Assembly (NCBI GenBank): GCA_963676565.1
Contig: OY781089.1
Location: forward strand, 1,056,001-1,120,000
DNA: 64,000 nt
Direction of reading: 5' to 3'
From: Halarcobacter sp.
GTDB taxonomy: Bacteria; Campylobacterota; Campylobacteria; Campylobacterales; Arcobacteraceae
The number at the start of each line of letters is the position of its first letter. Position 1 is the first letter of the stretch. Made by a program: the position numbers and the translations under genes. Below the pieces are notes generated by a model. The model did not search any database. It was not told the DNA's origin and was given only the letters and a program-made list of their open reading frames with translations. Of this stretch, positions 1 to 10,442 are shown piece by piece.

Positions 1-2
1 AG

Positions 3-995
3 TTTTTATCCTCTTCAATAAAAGAAAAATCAAATCTACCAACACCCCTTGATAGAGAAAATTTACAAAAATACTATTATGAAAGACTTATCTCAAACTC
101 AAAAAATGTGATTATCTCTTATATTAAAAATGATAGTGAACAAATAACAAGATTTGCAGATATTTTATTTGATATAAAAATTGATGAAAAGCTTTATGAT
201 AATGAGTATAAACATATATTGTTTAAAAACCATTCGTTAAAACATTTTGATAAAGAAGTTGTGTTAAATATTGATTTATCAAAACAAACTTGGAGTGCGA
301 GTTCTTTAAAAGAGTTCTTAGAGTGTAAAAGAAAATATTATCTAAACCATATACTTAAAATAAAAGAGCATGAGATAAGCTTAAAGCCAAAAGGGTATGA
401 ATTAGGTAATATCATCCATGAAACATTAGAAGAGTATTATAAACAAGATAAGAGGGCTTTAAAAGAGCTATTAAAAATATTTGATACAAAAAGAAGCTCA
501 AATCTATTTTTAAATTTAGATTTGGAGCTTTGGAGAAAAAAACTTGTAGAGTTTATATCCTTAGAAGAGGATAGATTTAAAGATAATTTATCAGTTGTAG
601 AACTTGAAAAACCTTTTTTATGTGAATTTGAAGGTATAAAAATTAGAGGTGTAATTGATAGAATTGATAAAAAAGCTGATAATTATCTTGTAATAGATTA
701 TAAAACAAGTTCTTCATTGAAAATTAATACAAAATCAAATTTTGATAAAGCTACTGATTTTCAGTTGGAGTTTTATTATTTAGCAGTGAAGGAGCTTTTT
801 AAAGCTTCAAATATCAAAAGCTATTATTATGATTTATATAATATGAAACTTTTAGAAGAAACAATGCTTTTTGAAAAACTTGATGTTTTAAAAGAGATAT
901 TTAAAGAGTTTAAAACTATAAGTGTAAGTTTTGACAAGTGTGATAATAACCAAACTTGTCAATATTGTACTTATAAAACTATTTGTAATAGATAA
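3..995 (+). CDS. addB: AddB-like PD-(D/E)XK nuclease, C-terminal part (5' end outside window)
   Basis: Frame is open from position 3. Motifs SASSLKEFLEC, GVIDRID and VIDYKT, plus C-terminal CQYC...C completing a 4-Cys Fe-S staple. Confidence 0.75.
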   Translation, partial: FLSSSIKEKSNLPTPLDRENLQKYYYERLISNSKNVIISYIKNDSEQITRFADILFDIKIDEKLYDNEYKHILFKNHSLKHFDKEVVLNIDLSKQTWSASSLKEFLECKRKYYLNHILKIKEHEISLKPKGYELGNIIHETLEEYYKQDKRALKELLKIFDTKRSSNLFLNLDLELWRKKLVEFISLEEDRFKDNLSVVELEKPFLCEFEGIKIRGVIDRIDKKADNYLVIDYKTSSSLKINTKSNFDKATDFQLEFYYLAVKELFKASNIKSYYYDLYNMKLLEETMLFEKLDVLKEIFKEFKTISVSFDKCDNNQTCQYCTYKTICNR

Positions 996-2093
996 TTAGT
1001 TTGAAGATTGTGCTATAAGTACATCTTCAATAATTTTTGTGATATCCCCATCTAAAATTGCATCTACATTTGAATATCCAATATTACTTCTTGTATCTTT
1101 TACTTGTTGATATGGTTGAAGCACATAAGATCTAATTTGATGACCCCATCCAATTTCACTTTTTTCTACGCCATCTTTATCTGCTTTTTGTTTTTCAAGT
1201 TCTAGTTCATAAAGTCTACTTTTAAGCATCTTCATAGCACTTGCTTTATTTTTATGTTGAGACCTATCATTTTGACACTGAACTACAATACCAGTTTTTA
1301 TATGTGTAATTCTAATAGCAGATTCTGTTTTATTTACGTGTTGTCCACCAGCACCACTTGCTCTATATGTATCTATTCTAATATCTTTATCTTCAATTTC
1401 AATATCGATATTATCATCAATCTCAGGAGATACCATAACAGATGCAAAAGAGGTATGTCTTTTTGCATTTGAATCAAAAGGAGATATACGAACAAGTCTA
1501 TGAATACCATTTTCAGCTTTTAAATAACCATAGGCATTTTCACCTTTTATGATAAATGATACATCTTTTATACCAGCTTCTTCACCATCTTGATAATCAA
1601 GTAGTTCAATTTTAAAATCTCTTCTTTCTGCCCATCTTAGGTACATTCGGTATAATATTGATGCCCAATCTTGGGATTCAGTACCACCTGCTCCTGGATG
1701 AATAGAAACAATAGCATTTAAAGCATCATCAGGTGAACTTAACATAACAGAAATTTCAGTTGATTTAATTAATTCTTCTAAATCACTTGCTTCCTCAAAA
1801 AGAAGTTCAAAAGTATCTTCATCTTTTTCTTCTTGGGCTAATTCATATAATTCATTTGTCCCACTTAAAGCTTCATTTGCTTTATTAAACTTACTAAGCT
1901 TACTTAATATTCTATTTTTTTCTATACCAATTTTTGTAGCAGTATCAACATCACTCCAAAAATCTTGTGAAGATTCTAACTCTTCTATCTCTTTTAATCT
2001 TTTATTTAACTCTTCAGGCTTTAAAATATTTTGTATATTTTCAAGTTTAGTATTTAGAAGTTTTAAAATCTGTGAATATTCATAAGCATCCAT
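996..2093 (-). CDS. prfB: Peptide chain release factor 2
   Basis: GGQ motif ([10 protein letters not shown]) and SPF specificity motif; continuous ORF. Confidence 0.97.
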   Translation of the reverse strand: MDAYEYSQILKLLNTKLENIQNILKPEELNKRLKEIEELESSQDFWSDVDTATKIGIEKNRILSKLSKFNKANEALSGTNELYELAQEEKDEDTFELLFEEASDLEELIKSTEISVMLSSPDDALNAIVSIHPGAGGTESQDWASILYRMYLRWAERRDFKIELLDYQDGEEAGIKDVSFIIKGENAYGYLKAENGIHRLVRISPFDSNAKRHTSFASVMVSPEIDDNIDIEIEDKDIRIDTYRASGAGGQHVNKTESAIRITHIKTGIVVQCQNDRSQHKNKASAMKMLKSRLYELELEKQKADKDGVEKSEIGWGHQIRSYVLQPYQQVKDTRSNIGYSNVDAILDGDITKIIEDVLIAQSSN

Positions 2094-2743
2094 TAATTAG
2101 AAGATTCCTCTTCTTTCTTTTCTTCCTTTTTAGGTTTCAAAGATTGGATATATGAGTATACTTCTTTAACTTTTGGTCCCGTCAAAAATGCAGCATATGG
2201 CTTCATAACATGGGCATTACCTCTATCATAATTATCATACATATAGTCATTTATAGATTGATCCATATCATCAAGAGTGAGTTCAACTAAAGGTCTTGAT
2301 GTACCATAAGCTTTTTTTTCAGCTTTTTCTCCATGGCAAGATTGACATTTATCTATATATATTTTTTTACCACTTTTTGACATCATTAGTTTAAACTGAG
2401 TTATTTTTGCTTGTTTCTCTTCTTTTTCTCTTTTTTCAAGTCTTTGCATAATTCTTTGCTCCAGTTTCTCCTCATCTAATTTTGATAAAGTTTGAACCTC
2501 TTTTTTTAGAATATAGATATAGTTTTTACCATTTGCAGATGGTTCAATTTTGATATCATCAATACTCCATCCATCTTTTTTCATATCAGCTAATGATTTT
2601 GTTGAAGAGCATAAGCCACCATCTAAAGGTGTTGATTCAATTGTTGCCATAGAGCTATGGTTTTCTTTAAAACACATTGTTGTTTGAGCTAGTAAAGCTG
2701 TGGAAGATAGTAAGCCAAAAGCTAAAAAAGTTTTGATATTCAT
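2093..2743 (-). CDS. Periplasmic c-type cytochrome domain protein
   Basis: Signal peptide, CQSCH haem motif in the C-terminal half, distal Met (HVMKPY). Confidence 0.8.
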   Translation of the reverse strand: MNIKTFLAFGLLSSTALLAQTTMCFKENHSSMATIESTPLDGGLCSSTKSLADMKKDGWSIDDIKIEPSANGKNYIYILKKEVQTLSKLDEEKLEQRIMQRLEKREKEEKQAKITQFKLMMSKSGKKIYIDKCQSCHGEKAEKKAYGTSRPLVELTLDDMDQSINDYMYDNYDRGNAHVMKPYAAFLTGPKVKEVYSYIQSLKPKKEEKKEEESSN

Positions 2744-2837
2744 CTATTTTTATCCTTTTATTATTTAAAAGAATATTTTATCATAAAAAATCTTTTTTAT
2801 ACTTTTTAAGCCTAATATTGTAGTTTTTTCAGATATA

Positions 2838-2871
2838 AAAAAAGGGTTAGAGGAAAACCTCTAACCCTTTT
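2838..2871 (-). terminator. Intrinsic terminator after the porin gene
   Basis: aaaagggttagagg-aaaa-cctctaaccctttt hairpin followed by a U tract on the minus strand. Confidence 0.9.
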
Positions 2872-2904
2872 GAGTTTAGCATAAGCTTTTATACAAATCT
2901 AGAA

Positions 2905-3987
2905 TTAGAAAGTATATTTAACTTCAACTCTACCTCTATCATTTTCAACACCATTAAGTTCATATTGAGAGTATCTGATATAAGTATTTAAGTTTTTAGA
3001 CATTTTGTAAGAAACTTGACCTAAAGTTTCAGTTACATCAACGTCAGCAGCAGTTGCTTCACCATCACCATAAGCAGCTCTTACAGAAACAGAATCAGTT
3101 ACAGCAACAGATACATCTAATGCCCATGCATTTAATTCAGCTACACCAGCTGAACCCATTTGCCATAATAAAAACTCAGAAGCAGTTTCAACACCTTCAT
3201 CAAGTGAACCAGAACCATTGTCTCCAGTTTGTACGTAAGCTAAAGAAGCAGATACGATATCCATTTTACCAGCTACATAAGCTTTAAATGTTGATCTTTC
3301 ATCATCAGTAAGCGCACTGTATGATGGATGCTCATCATCTAATTCTTTTGCAGTATATTCTAAACCAGTAGTAATTGGTCCAAATGTTGCATCAGCTTTT
3401 AAGTTATATCCAGCAACTACATCTTCAGCTACAGCATATTGAGCTAATAAAGAAACAGGTCCAACAGAACCCATTGCAATTACAGAATGAACTGAAGCAT
3501 CAACTAAATTATTAGTAACTTCAGTGTTATAGAAAGAAGCTGCACCAATAGTAAATGCACCTGCATTATATAAACCAACAATACCTTGACCAATTAAACC
3601 ATCAGTCATTCTTCCTGGAATCTCTTGAGAACCTAAGTGTACAGTAACAGGACCGTTAATGTATTGGAAATAGTATTGATCTAATCCAAATGCAGAAGAT
3701 CCACCTAAAGTAACATTTGCATCACCTTGGTCATCATTGTCAATGTTTAAGTTAGCAATAAAGTTAACGTTATCATTAACTGGAACTTTTACCATAATAT
3801 CAATATTTACATCTTGATCTTCTTGGTCTGTACCAATAGCAGTTGCATTGTCTTCCATTCTGTATCTAACTTGACCAGAAATATCTACACCTTTAATTGC
3901 TTGCTCTAAATCAACAGCAGATGCACTTGAAGTTAAACCACCAACTGCGATTGCAGCTGCTAAACTCATTTTTGCGAATTTTTTCAT
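2905..3987 (-). CDS. Major outer membrane protein (Campylobacter MOMP-like porin)
   Basis: MKKFAKMSLAAAIAV signal peptide, LEQAIKGVDISGQVRYR N-terminus, C-terminal VKYTF beta-signal, strong SD (aggag). Confidence 0.9.
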   Translation of the reverse strand: MKKFAKMSLAAAIAVGGLTSSASAVDLEQAIKGVDISGQVRYRMEDNATAIGTDQEDQDVNIDIMVKVPVNDNVNFIANLNIDNDDQGDANVTLGGSSAFGLDQYYFQYINGPVTVHLGSQEIPGRMTDGLIGQGIVGLYNAGAFTIGAASFYNTEVTNNLVDASVHSVIAMGSVGPVSLLAQYAVAEDVVAGYNLKADATFGPITTGLEYTAKELDDEHPSYSALTDDERSTFKAYVAGKMDIVSASLAYVQTGDNGSGSLDEGVETASEFLLWQMGSAGVAELNAWALDVSVAVTDSVSVRAAYGDGEATAADVDVTETLGQVSYKMSKNLNTYIRYSQYELNGVENDRGRVEVKYTF

Positions 3988-4015
3988 TTGTTCTCCTAAA
4001 TTTTCGAAAATTAAT

Positions 4016-4092
4016 CAGTTAACCGGATGCGCGAACAACTTAGAAAGTAGAATTATCTAAGTACTATTCCGGATGACCGTTGCAAAATTTTA
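4016..4092 (-). promoter_or_regulatory. Porin promoter (-10 TAAAAT at 4092-4087) and structured 5' UTR
   Basis: Nested complementary segments ccgga/tccgg and acttaga/tctaagt start at the predicted +1. Confidence 0.6.
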
Positions 4093-4285
4093 CAGAAGTT
4101 AATTTTAAAGTATTCTTAAAGTAGTTTAAAAGTTACGAAATGGTGGCATATTTAAGGTTTTTTTTATGTATAGATTTTTGTTATATTAGAGTCACTTTTA
4201 GTAAGTTTTACAAAAATGTATACAAACTGTTAAAGTATAATATAAATAATTACGTATAAAACTTGGTTTAATCTCTTTATATAAG

Positions 4286-4600
4286 TTAATTTTCAAGTGA
4301 TACTATACAATTAGACATAATATCTGGTTTTGAGATTTTTATTTTTAAATTTTTTATTTTGTAAGAGTTAGTAAGATGTTTTTCAATATAAAGTATTGCT
4401 TCTTCTAATAGTTCAAATTTTTTTTCACTCATAATAGTTTCAATATCATTTGAAACTTTTGAATAATCTATAAACTTATCTTTATTTGAAAATTCATATT
4501 CAAAAGATAAGTTTATAATTACTTTTTGAGCAGTTACTCTTTCAAAGTCAAGTATTCCAATAATACAATCAAATGTTAAGTTTTCTATATAAACTTTCAT
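4286..4600 (-). CDS. folB: Dihydroneopterin aldolase
   Basis: IIGILDFER...Q, IDYS, LLEE and KP motifs; lies downstream of plsY. Confidence 0.88.
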   Translation of the reverse strand: MKVYIENLTFDCIIGILDFERVTAQKVIINLSFEYEFSNKDKFIDYSKVSNDIETIMSEKKFELLEEAILYIEKHLTNSYKIKNLKIKISKPDIMSNCIVSLEN

Positions 4601-4605
4601 AGCAA

Positions 4606-5229
4606 TTAGATAACTTTACCTTCTTCACCCTTGATTAGTCTTACTATATTTGGAATATGTTTATAATAGATAATAAATGCAATGATATACATAGGAGCAT
4701 TTGAACCTACATTTAATCCATTGTTAAATAAAATTGCTGATATAACAACTGCTGTTAATCCTAATAAAGAAGATAGTGAAGAGATTTTTAAAACCTTTCC
4801 ACAAAATACCCAAACAATAGCACCAATTATAGTTGGAATAGGAATTAAAACTATAAATGCCCCAAGTCCAGTTGCAACACCTTTACCACCTTCAAGTCCT
4901 AAAAATATAGAATAACAGTGACCAAGAACTGCTAAAACACCAATGGCCCAAAGTGTTGCTTCACTTGCACCTAAACCCATTGCTATTAAAATTACAATTG
5001 TTCCTTTTAAAGCATCAAGTATAACTGTAGCAATACCAAGTTTTTTTGCTAGGCTTGGATTTGTTTCCTTTACAACTCTTAAAACATTTGTTGCTCCAAT
5101 ACTTTTACTACCTGCCTCTTTTATATTAACTCCAGCAAAAACCTTTGCTAATATTAAACCAAAAGGGATTGAACCAGCTAAATAAGCAACTATGTAAAAA
5201 AGTACGTTGAAATTGAAAAGAAAATCCAT
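4606..5229 (-). CDS. plsY: Glycerol-3-phosphate acyltransferase PlsY
   Basis: GSIPFG, GATNVLR, GGKGVAT and HIPNIVRL motifs. Confidence 0.96.
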   Translation of the reverse strand: MDFLFNFNVLFYIVAYLAGSIPFGLILAKVFAGVNIKEAGSKSIGATNVLRVVKETNPSLAKKLGIATVILDALKGTIVILIAMGLGASEATLWAIGVLAVLGHCYSIFLGLEGGKGVATGLGAFIVLIPIPTIIGAIVWVFCGKVLKISSLSSLLGLTAVVISAILFNNGLNVGSNAPMYIIAFIIYYKHIPNIVRLIKGEEGKVI

Positions 5230-5325
5230 TTAAAACCTTGTAATAATTTTATGAAAGAGGATTATAACTAAAATTTTGTTATATTCCCAAATAATTAAAA
5301 ACTTAATGATATTTAAGGCAATAAA

Positions 5326-6327
5326 TTGAATTTACAAATGAATTTAAAAGAAGAAATTTTAAAATTAAAAGATGAACTAGATGTTACATTAGTTGCACAC
5401 TTTTATCAAAGAGACGAGGTTTTTGAATTAGCAGATATCACTGGGGATTCATTAGAACTAGCAAGAAAAGCAAAAGAAACTGCATCTAAGTATGTTGTTT
5501 TTTGTGGTGTTGGATTTATGGGAGAGAGCGTAAAAGTTCTAAGCCCAGAAAAAACTGTGCTTATGCCAAAAATTGCATGTTGTGCGATGGCAAGAATGAT
5601 TGATGAGGGTTATTATGAACAAAACCTAAAAGTCATAAATGAAGCTGGAATATCAAATGATGATATTTTACCAATAACTTATATCAACTCTAGCGCAGCT
5701 GTTAAAGCAAAAGTTGGAGAGATGGGTGGTATGGTTTGTACTTCATCAAATGCATATAAAATCATCGAAAAAGGTTTACAATCAGGTAAAAAAATCTTTT
5801 TTGTACCAGATAGATGTTTAGGTCAAAATTTTGCAAAATCTTTAAATCTAAAATCAGCAGTTGTTGGTGATGGAAGCGATTTAAAAGAAGCAGATATTAT
5901 TTGTTATAACGGTTTTTGTTCTGTTCATCAACTATTTACTACTGAAGATGTAGAGTTTTATAGAGAAAAATATCCTGATATTTTAATTGCAGTTCACCCA
6001 GAATGTGATCCAGCTATTTGTGATATGGCAGATTTTGTTGGTTCAACTTCTCAGTTAATAAAGTATATAAAAGAGTTACCTCTTGAGCAAAAAGTTGCTG
6101 TAGGTACTGAATACAATATGGTAAATAGATTAAGAGAAAAAAATACATATATTTTAAGTTCTACAAAACCAGAGTGTCCAACTATGAATGAAACAACTTT
6201 GGAAGATGTATATAAAACATTAAAATCAATTAAAGATAATAATATAAGTGAAGAGACATTAATCAAAGTTGATGAAAATACTATCAAATGGGCAAGAGTT
6301 GCTTTAGAGAGGATGCTTGAAGTATGA
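5326..6327 (+). CDS. nadA: Quinolinate synthase (start TTG 5326 or ATG 5338)
   Basis: AHFYQ, GDSL, FCGVGFMGE, YINS, HPEC and CPTM motifs. Confidence 0.96.
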   Translation: MNLQMNLKEEILKLKDELDVTLVAHFYQRDEVFELADITGDSLELARKAKETASKYVVFCGVGFMGESVKVLSPEKTVLMPKIACCAMARMIDEGYYEQNLKVINEAGISNDDILPITYINSSAAVKAKVGEMGGMVCTSSNAYKIIEKGLQSGKKIFFVPDRCLGQNFAKSLNLKSAVVGDGSDLKEADIICYNGFCSVHQLFTTEDVEFYREKYPDILIAVHPECDPAICDMADFVGSTSQLIKYIKELPLEQKVAVGTEYNMVNRLREKNTYILSSTKPECPTMNETTLEDVYKTLKSIKDNNISEETLIKVDENTIKWARVALERMLEV

Positions 6328-7145
6328 TAAATATTAAGAAGTTTGTTAAAAATGCCATTATTGAAGATAATGGAAGAGGGGACTTATTTTATGATGTTGC
6401 TCCAAAGGGAAGATTTACAGCAAAAGTAATTACAAAAGATGATGGAGTTTTTGCGGGAGAAATTTATGCAAAAGCTTTGGCAAAGACTGAAAAGTTTGAG
6501 TGTAAGTTTTTAAAACACGATGGAGATAAATTAAAAAAAGGTGATGTTATAGCTAAACTTGATGGTAAGGCTTCAATTTTACTTTCAAGTGAAAGAACTT
6601 TTTTAAATATGCTTCAACATGCCAGCGGAATTGCAACTATGGCAAATAGATTTGTTTCACAAATTGAAGGTTTAGAGGTTGCACTTTTAGATACTAGAAA
6701 AACAAGACCCCAGTTAAGGGATTTTGAAAAATATGCAAGTAGAGTAGGTGGGGCTAGAAACCACCGACTTGGTCTTGATGACTGTTTGATGTTAAAAGAT
6801 ACACACCTAAGAACAATCAATGACTTAAAATCTTTTATTAAAGATGCAAGAAAAAGAATCTCTTGGGTTACTAAAATTGAAATAGAGTGTGAAACTTTTG
6901 AACAAGTAAAAGAATCAATGGATGCAGGTGCTGATATTATTATGTGTGATAATATGGTTCCTGAACAAATCAAAGAAGTTGTTGAATTTAGAAATAAAAA
7001 TTATCCAAATGTATTATTAGAAGCTAGTGGAAATATCTCTTTAAGTACAGTTAGAGATTTTGCTTTAACTGGAGTTGATGCATTGAGCTCTGGAAGTATT
7101 ATTCACCAAGCAACTTGGCTTGATTTTTCTATGAAGTTTGATTAA
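6324..7145 (+). CDS. nadC: Nicotinate-nucleotide pyrophosphorylase
   Basis: DTRKT, HRLGL, KDTH and EASG motifs; ATGA overlap with nadA. Confidence 0.96.
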   Translation: MINIKKFVKNAIIEDNGRGDLFYDVAPKGRFTAKVITKDDGVFAGEIYAKALAKTEKFECKFLKHDGDKLKKGDVIAKLDGKASILLSSERTFLNMLQHASGIATMANRFVSQIEGLEVALLDTRKTRPQLRDFEKYASRVGGARNHRLGLDDCLMLKDTHLRTINDLKSFIKDARKRISWVTKIEIECETFEQVKESMDAGADIIMCDNMVPEQIKEVVEFRNKNYPNVLLEASGNISLSTVRDFALTGVDALSSGSIIHQATWLDFSMKFD

Positions 7146-7184
7146 TTTACTATTGGTTAATAAAAAAAAGGCATACTTGAACCT

Positions 7185-8171
7185 ATGAAAAAAGACTTTA
7201 TTGTAAATAATAAAATAAATATGAGTGATTTTGCAAAGGCTTTACAGCTTATTGAAAAAAGTAGATATATACTGATAATTACCCATGTTAATCCAGATGC
7301 TGATTCAATCTCTTCAGCTTTAGCATTATCAAATCTACTTTATGAAAATAAAATTAAACATAAGGTTTTTAATGTAAGTTCAGACCTACCTCAAAACTTG
7401 GATTTTATATCGCGATTTGATAAGATAACTGACCAATTGCCAAGTTTTTATGATTTGGTTATTTCTGTTGATTGTGGTTCTGAGAAAAGATTTGGGTTTA
7501 AAGTAGATAAAAATATACCATTGATAAATTTTGATCACCATGCTTCAAATGATAGTTTTGGAGATATAAATTTAGTTGATCCTTTTAAAAGTTCAACTGC
7601 AGAGATTGTGTATGATTTTTTTAAATTCAATGGATTGTATATTACAAAAAATTCTGCAACAGCACTTTACGTTGGTATTTATGATGATTCTTTGGCTTTT
7701 TCATTAGGACGTTGTGATGAACTTACTTTTGATAAAGTTAACCATTTAGTTGAATTTGGAGCAAACCCTTCAGAAATTGCTAACAAACTTAAAAGAAGAG
7801 ATTCTTTAGCAAAATATAGAGTTTTACCAAAAGTTTTAAACTCTTTAGAATTGCATAGAGAAGGTGAGGTTGCAACCATTTATGTAAGGAATGAATGGCT
7901 AGATCAAACCGGAGCTCATACAAGAGATTGTGAAGATGCCTTAGATATGATTATGAGTATGAAAATTGTAAGGGTTACAATTTTTGTTAGAATTGTAAAC
8001 GGTTCAAGTAGAGTATCAATCAGATCAAAGGGTAAAATAAATGTTGCGAAAATAGCTGCTATATTTGGTGGTGGTGGACATATCAATGCGGCAGGTTTTA
8101 CAGTTGATTCATTAGATGTGGATGAAGTTAGAAATTTAGTATTAAAGGAAGTTCTTGAGAAGGCGAAATAG
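7185..8171 (+). CDS. nrnA: DHH/DHHA1 phosphoesterase (NrnA-like oligoribonuclease/pAp phosphatase)
   Basis: HVNPDAD, DHH and GGGGHINAAG motifs. Confidence 0.85.
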   Translation: MKKDFIVNNKINMSDFAKALQLIEKSRYILIITHVNPDADSISSALALSNLLYENKIKHKVFNVSSDLPQNLDFISRFDKITDQLPSFYDLVISVDCGSEKRFGFKVDKNIPLINFDHHASNDSFGDINLVDPFKSSTAEIVYDFFKFNGLYITKNSATALYVGIYDDSLAFSLGRCDELTFDKVNHLVEFGANPSEIANKLKRRDSLAKYRVLPKVLNSLELHREGEVATIYVRNEWLDQTGAHTRDCEDALDMIMSMKIVRVTIFVRIVNGSSRVSIRSKGKINVAKIAAIFGGGGHINAAGFTVDSLDVDEVRNLVLKEVLEKAK

Positions 8172-9531
8172 TAGTTTTAAAAATATTTTAACATTAATGA
8201 TATTATCAATTATAGTTGCTATTGGAGCATTTATTTATTTTTCTCCTATATTTGAGAAAAAAAAGCCCATTATAACATTTATAAATAATGGATATTGGAA
8301 TGCAAAAGATAAGTTAAATATTAAACTTGAAGATGAAAGTGGAATAAAGTCTTATAAAATCTCTTTTAAAATAAATGATGCAAGTGTAGAAGTTCAAAAT
8401 AAAGTATTAGAATCAAAACAAGATAAACTATCTATTGATATAAGTCCAGTTAAAATTGACCAAAATGTAAAAACAATAAAACTTGCAGTTGAAGCTTATG
8501 ATAATAGTATGTGGAATCTATTTAGAGGAAATACTGTTTATAAAGAGTTTACTTTAAATATAGATAGAAAAAGACCACTTGCAAGAGTTATAACAAATTC
8601 ATACAATATTAAAAGAGGTGGAAGTGCAGCAGTTGTAGTTGAAGTAAAAGATGAAAACTTAAGAGAAAAATACATCACTTTTAATGATAAATATAAATTT
8701 GAATTAATCCCATATTTAAAAGAGGGATTTTATGCTGCAATTATTGCTTGGCCTGTTGAAGTAGAGTTTGAACAATTTGATATTGTAAATTTAGTTGCCA
8801 TTGATGAAGCTAATAATGTAACTGTTAGAAAAGTTCCTTTATATATTAAAGATTTAAAAATAAAAAATGACAAACTAAAAATTTCAGATAACTTTATAAA
8901 CAAAGTTTCAATTCCAGTATTACAAAAAAGTGATATGGAAATACCATCTACAAATGATGAAATTTTTATAAAACAAAATAGATTTTTAAGAGCAAAAAAT
9001 GTTTCTACAATAAGAGATGAATCTATTAAAAATATGTCAAAAGAGATGATTAACAATTTCTCAATAAATCCATTTAAAAGATTAAGTGGTTCAAAAACTT
9101 TTGCAGGGTTTGCAGAAAAAAGAGAATATTTTTATGATGGTCAAAAAATAGATGAAGCATGGCACTTAGGAATGGATTGGGCAAGTATAAAAAGAGCTCC
9201 TGTAAAAGTTTCAAATGGTGGAACAGTTATATTTAATAGTTATCTTGGAATTTATGGAAATACTGCAATTATTGACCATAAACTAGGACTTCAAACTTTA
9301 TATGCGCATACTAGTAAATTAAATGTTCAAAAAGGTGATTTAGTAAGAACAAATGACAATATTGCAAATACTGGAAGTACTGGTGCAGTATTTGGAGACC
9401 ATTTACACTTTGGAGTTTTAGTTCAAGGTATTGAAGTAAATCCAATTGAATGGATGGATAAAAACTGGATAAAAACAAGAGTATTAGATATTTTATCTGA
9501 AGCAAAAAAAGAGATAAGAAGTAGTAAATGA
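8155..9531 (+). CDS. M23 family metallopeptidase with N-terminal membrane anchor
   Basis: HLGMD (HxxxD), YAH and HLHF (HxH) motifs. Confidence 0.9.
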   Translation: MRRRNSSFKNILTLMILSIIVAIGAFIYFSPIFEKKKPIITFINNGYWNAKDKLNIKLEDESGIKSYKISFKINDASVEVQNKVLESKQDKLSIDISPVKIDQNVKTIKLAVEAYDNSMWNLFRGNTVYKEFTLNIDRKRPLARVITNSYNIKRGGSAAVVVEVKDENLREKYITFNDKYKFELIPYLKEGFYAAIIAWPVEVEFEQFDIVNLVAIDEANNVTVRKVPLYIKDLKIKNDKLKISDNFINKVSIPVLQKSDMEIPSTNDEIFIKQNRFLRAKNVSTIRDESIKNMSKEMINNFSINPFKRLSGSKTFAGFAEKREYFYDGQKIDEAWHLGMDWASIKRAPVKVSNGGTVIFNSYLGIYGNTAIIDHKLGLQTLYAHTSKLNVQKGDLVRTNDNIANTGSTGAVFGDHLHFGVLVQGIEVNPIEWMDKNWIKTRVLDILSEAKKEIRSSK

Positions 9532-10433
9532 GACAAAGAACAATAGCAAAAAGTGTAGAGATTGTTGGAATAGGGCTTCATAAAGGAGTTCCTGTTAAAA
9601 TGAAGCTTGAACCTTTAGACTCTGATATGGGAATTATTTTTTATAGAGTTGATAAAGGGATTACAATACCTCTTAAAATTGAAAATGTTGTTGATACAAA
9701 AATGGCAACAGTAATTGGAAAAGATGATGTTGTTGTTTCTACTATTGAACATCTATTATCTGCAGTTTATGCCTATGGAATTGATAACTTAAGAGTTGTA
9801 ATAGATAATGATGAGGTTCCTGTGCTTGATGGAAGTTCATCTGGTTATTGTATGTTGATTGAAGAAGCAGGTATTAAAGAGCTTGACAAAAGTAAAAAAG
9901 CTATAAAAATCAAAAAAGATGTTGAGATTGTAACTGAAGATGGTAAGAAAGTTGCCCTAAAACCCTCAAAACATATTATTTATGATTTTTCAATAGATTT
10001 TGAACATCCATCTATTGGGAAACAAAATTTTCATTTTGATTATTCAATTAGCGAATATAAAGAAAATATTTCTAGAGCTAGAACATTTGGTTTTTTACAT
10101 GAGGTTCAATATTTAAGAAGTATTGGACTTGCACAAGGTGGTAGTATGGAAAATGCTATTGTTCTTGACCAAACAAAAATCTTAAATCCTGAAGGTTTAA
10201 GATATGATGATGAGTTTGTTAGACATAAAATTCTTGATGCAATTGGTGATATGGCTTTATTAGGATATACCCTTGTTGGAGAGTATGATGCCCATGCAGG
10301 AAGTCATCATCTAAACCATTTACTTACAAAAAAACTTTATGAAGATAAAGATAATTATGAAATTATAGATTTAGAAGAAGCTGAAGCAGAAGCCCATGTA
10401 TTTGAGATGGCTTACGCAAAAGTTCAATCTTAG
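9528..10433 (+). CDS. lpxC: UDP-3-O-acyl-GlcNAc deacetylase
   Basis: TIEHLLSA, ARTFGF and HKILDAIGD motifs. Confidence 0.97.
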   Translation: MRQRTIAKSVEIVGIGLHKGVPVKMKLEPLDSDMGIIFYRVDKGITIPLKIENVVDTKMATVIGKDDVVVSTIEHLLSAVYAYGIDNLRVVIDNDEVPVLDGSSSGYCMLIEEAGIKELDKSKKAIKIKKDVEIVTEDGKKVALKPSKHIIYDFSIDFEHPSIGKQNFHFDYSISEYKENISRARTFGFLHEVQYLRSIGLAQGGSMENAIVLDQTKILNPEGLRYDDEFVRHKILDAIGDMALLGYTLVGEYDAHAGSHHLNHLLTKKLYEDKDNYEIIDLEEAEAEAHVFEMAYAKVQS

Positions 10434-10442
10434 GAGAAAAGA

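Noticed and set aside
996..2093. prfB lacks the programmed +1 frameshift
   Set aside because: An uninterrupted prfB is known in several lineages and, to my knowledge, usual for Campylobacterota; not novel.
4200..4285. Plus-strand TATAAT near 4236 suggesting an antisense RNA to folB
   Set aside because: Very AT-rich region where such hexamers arise by chance; no terminator or structure supports it.
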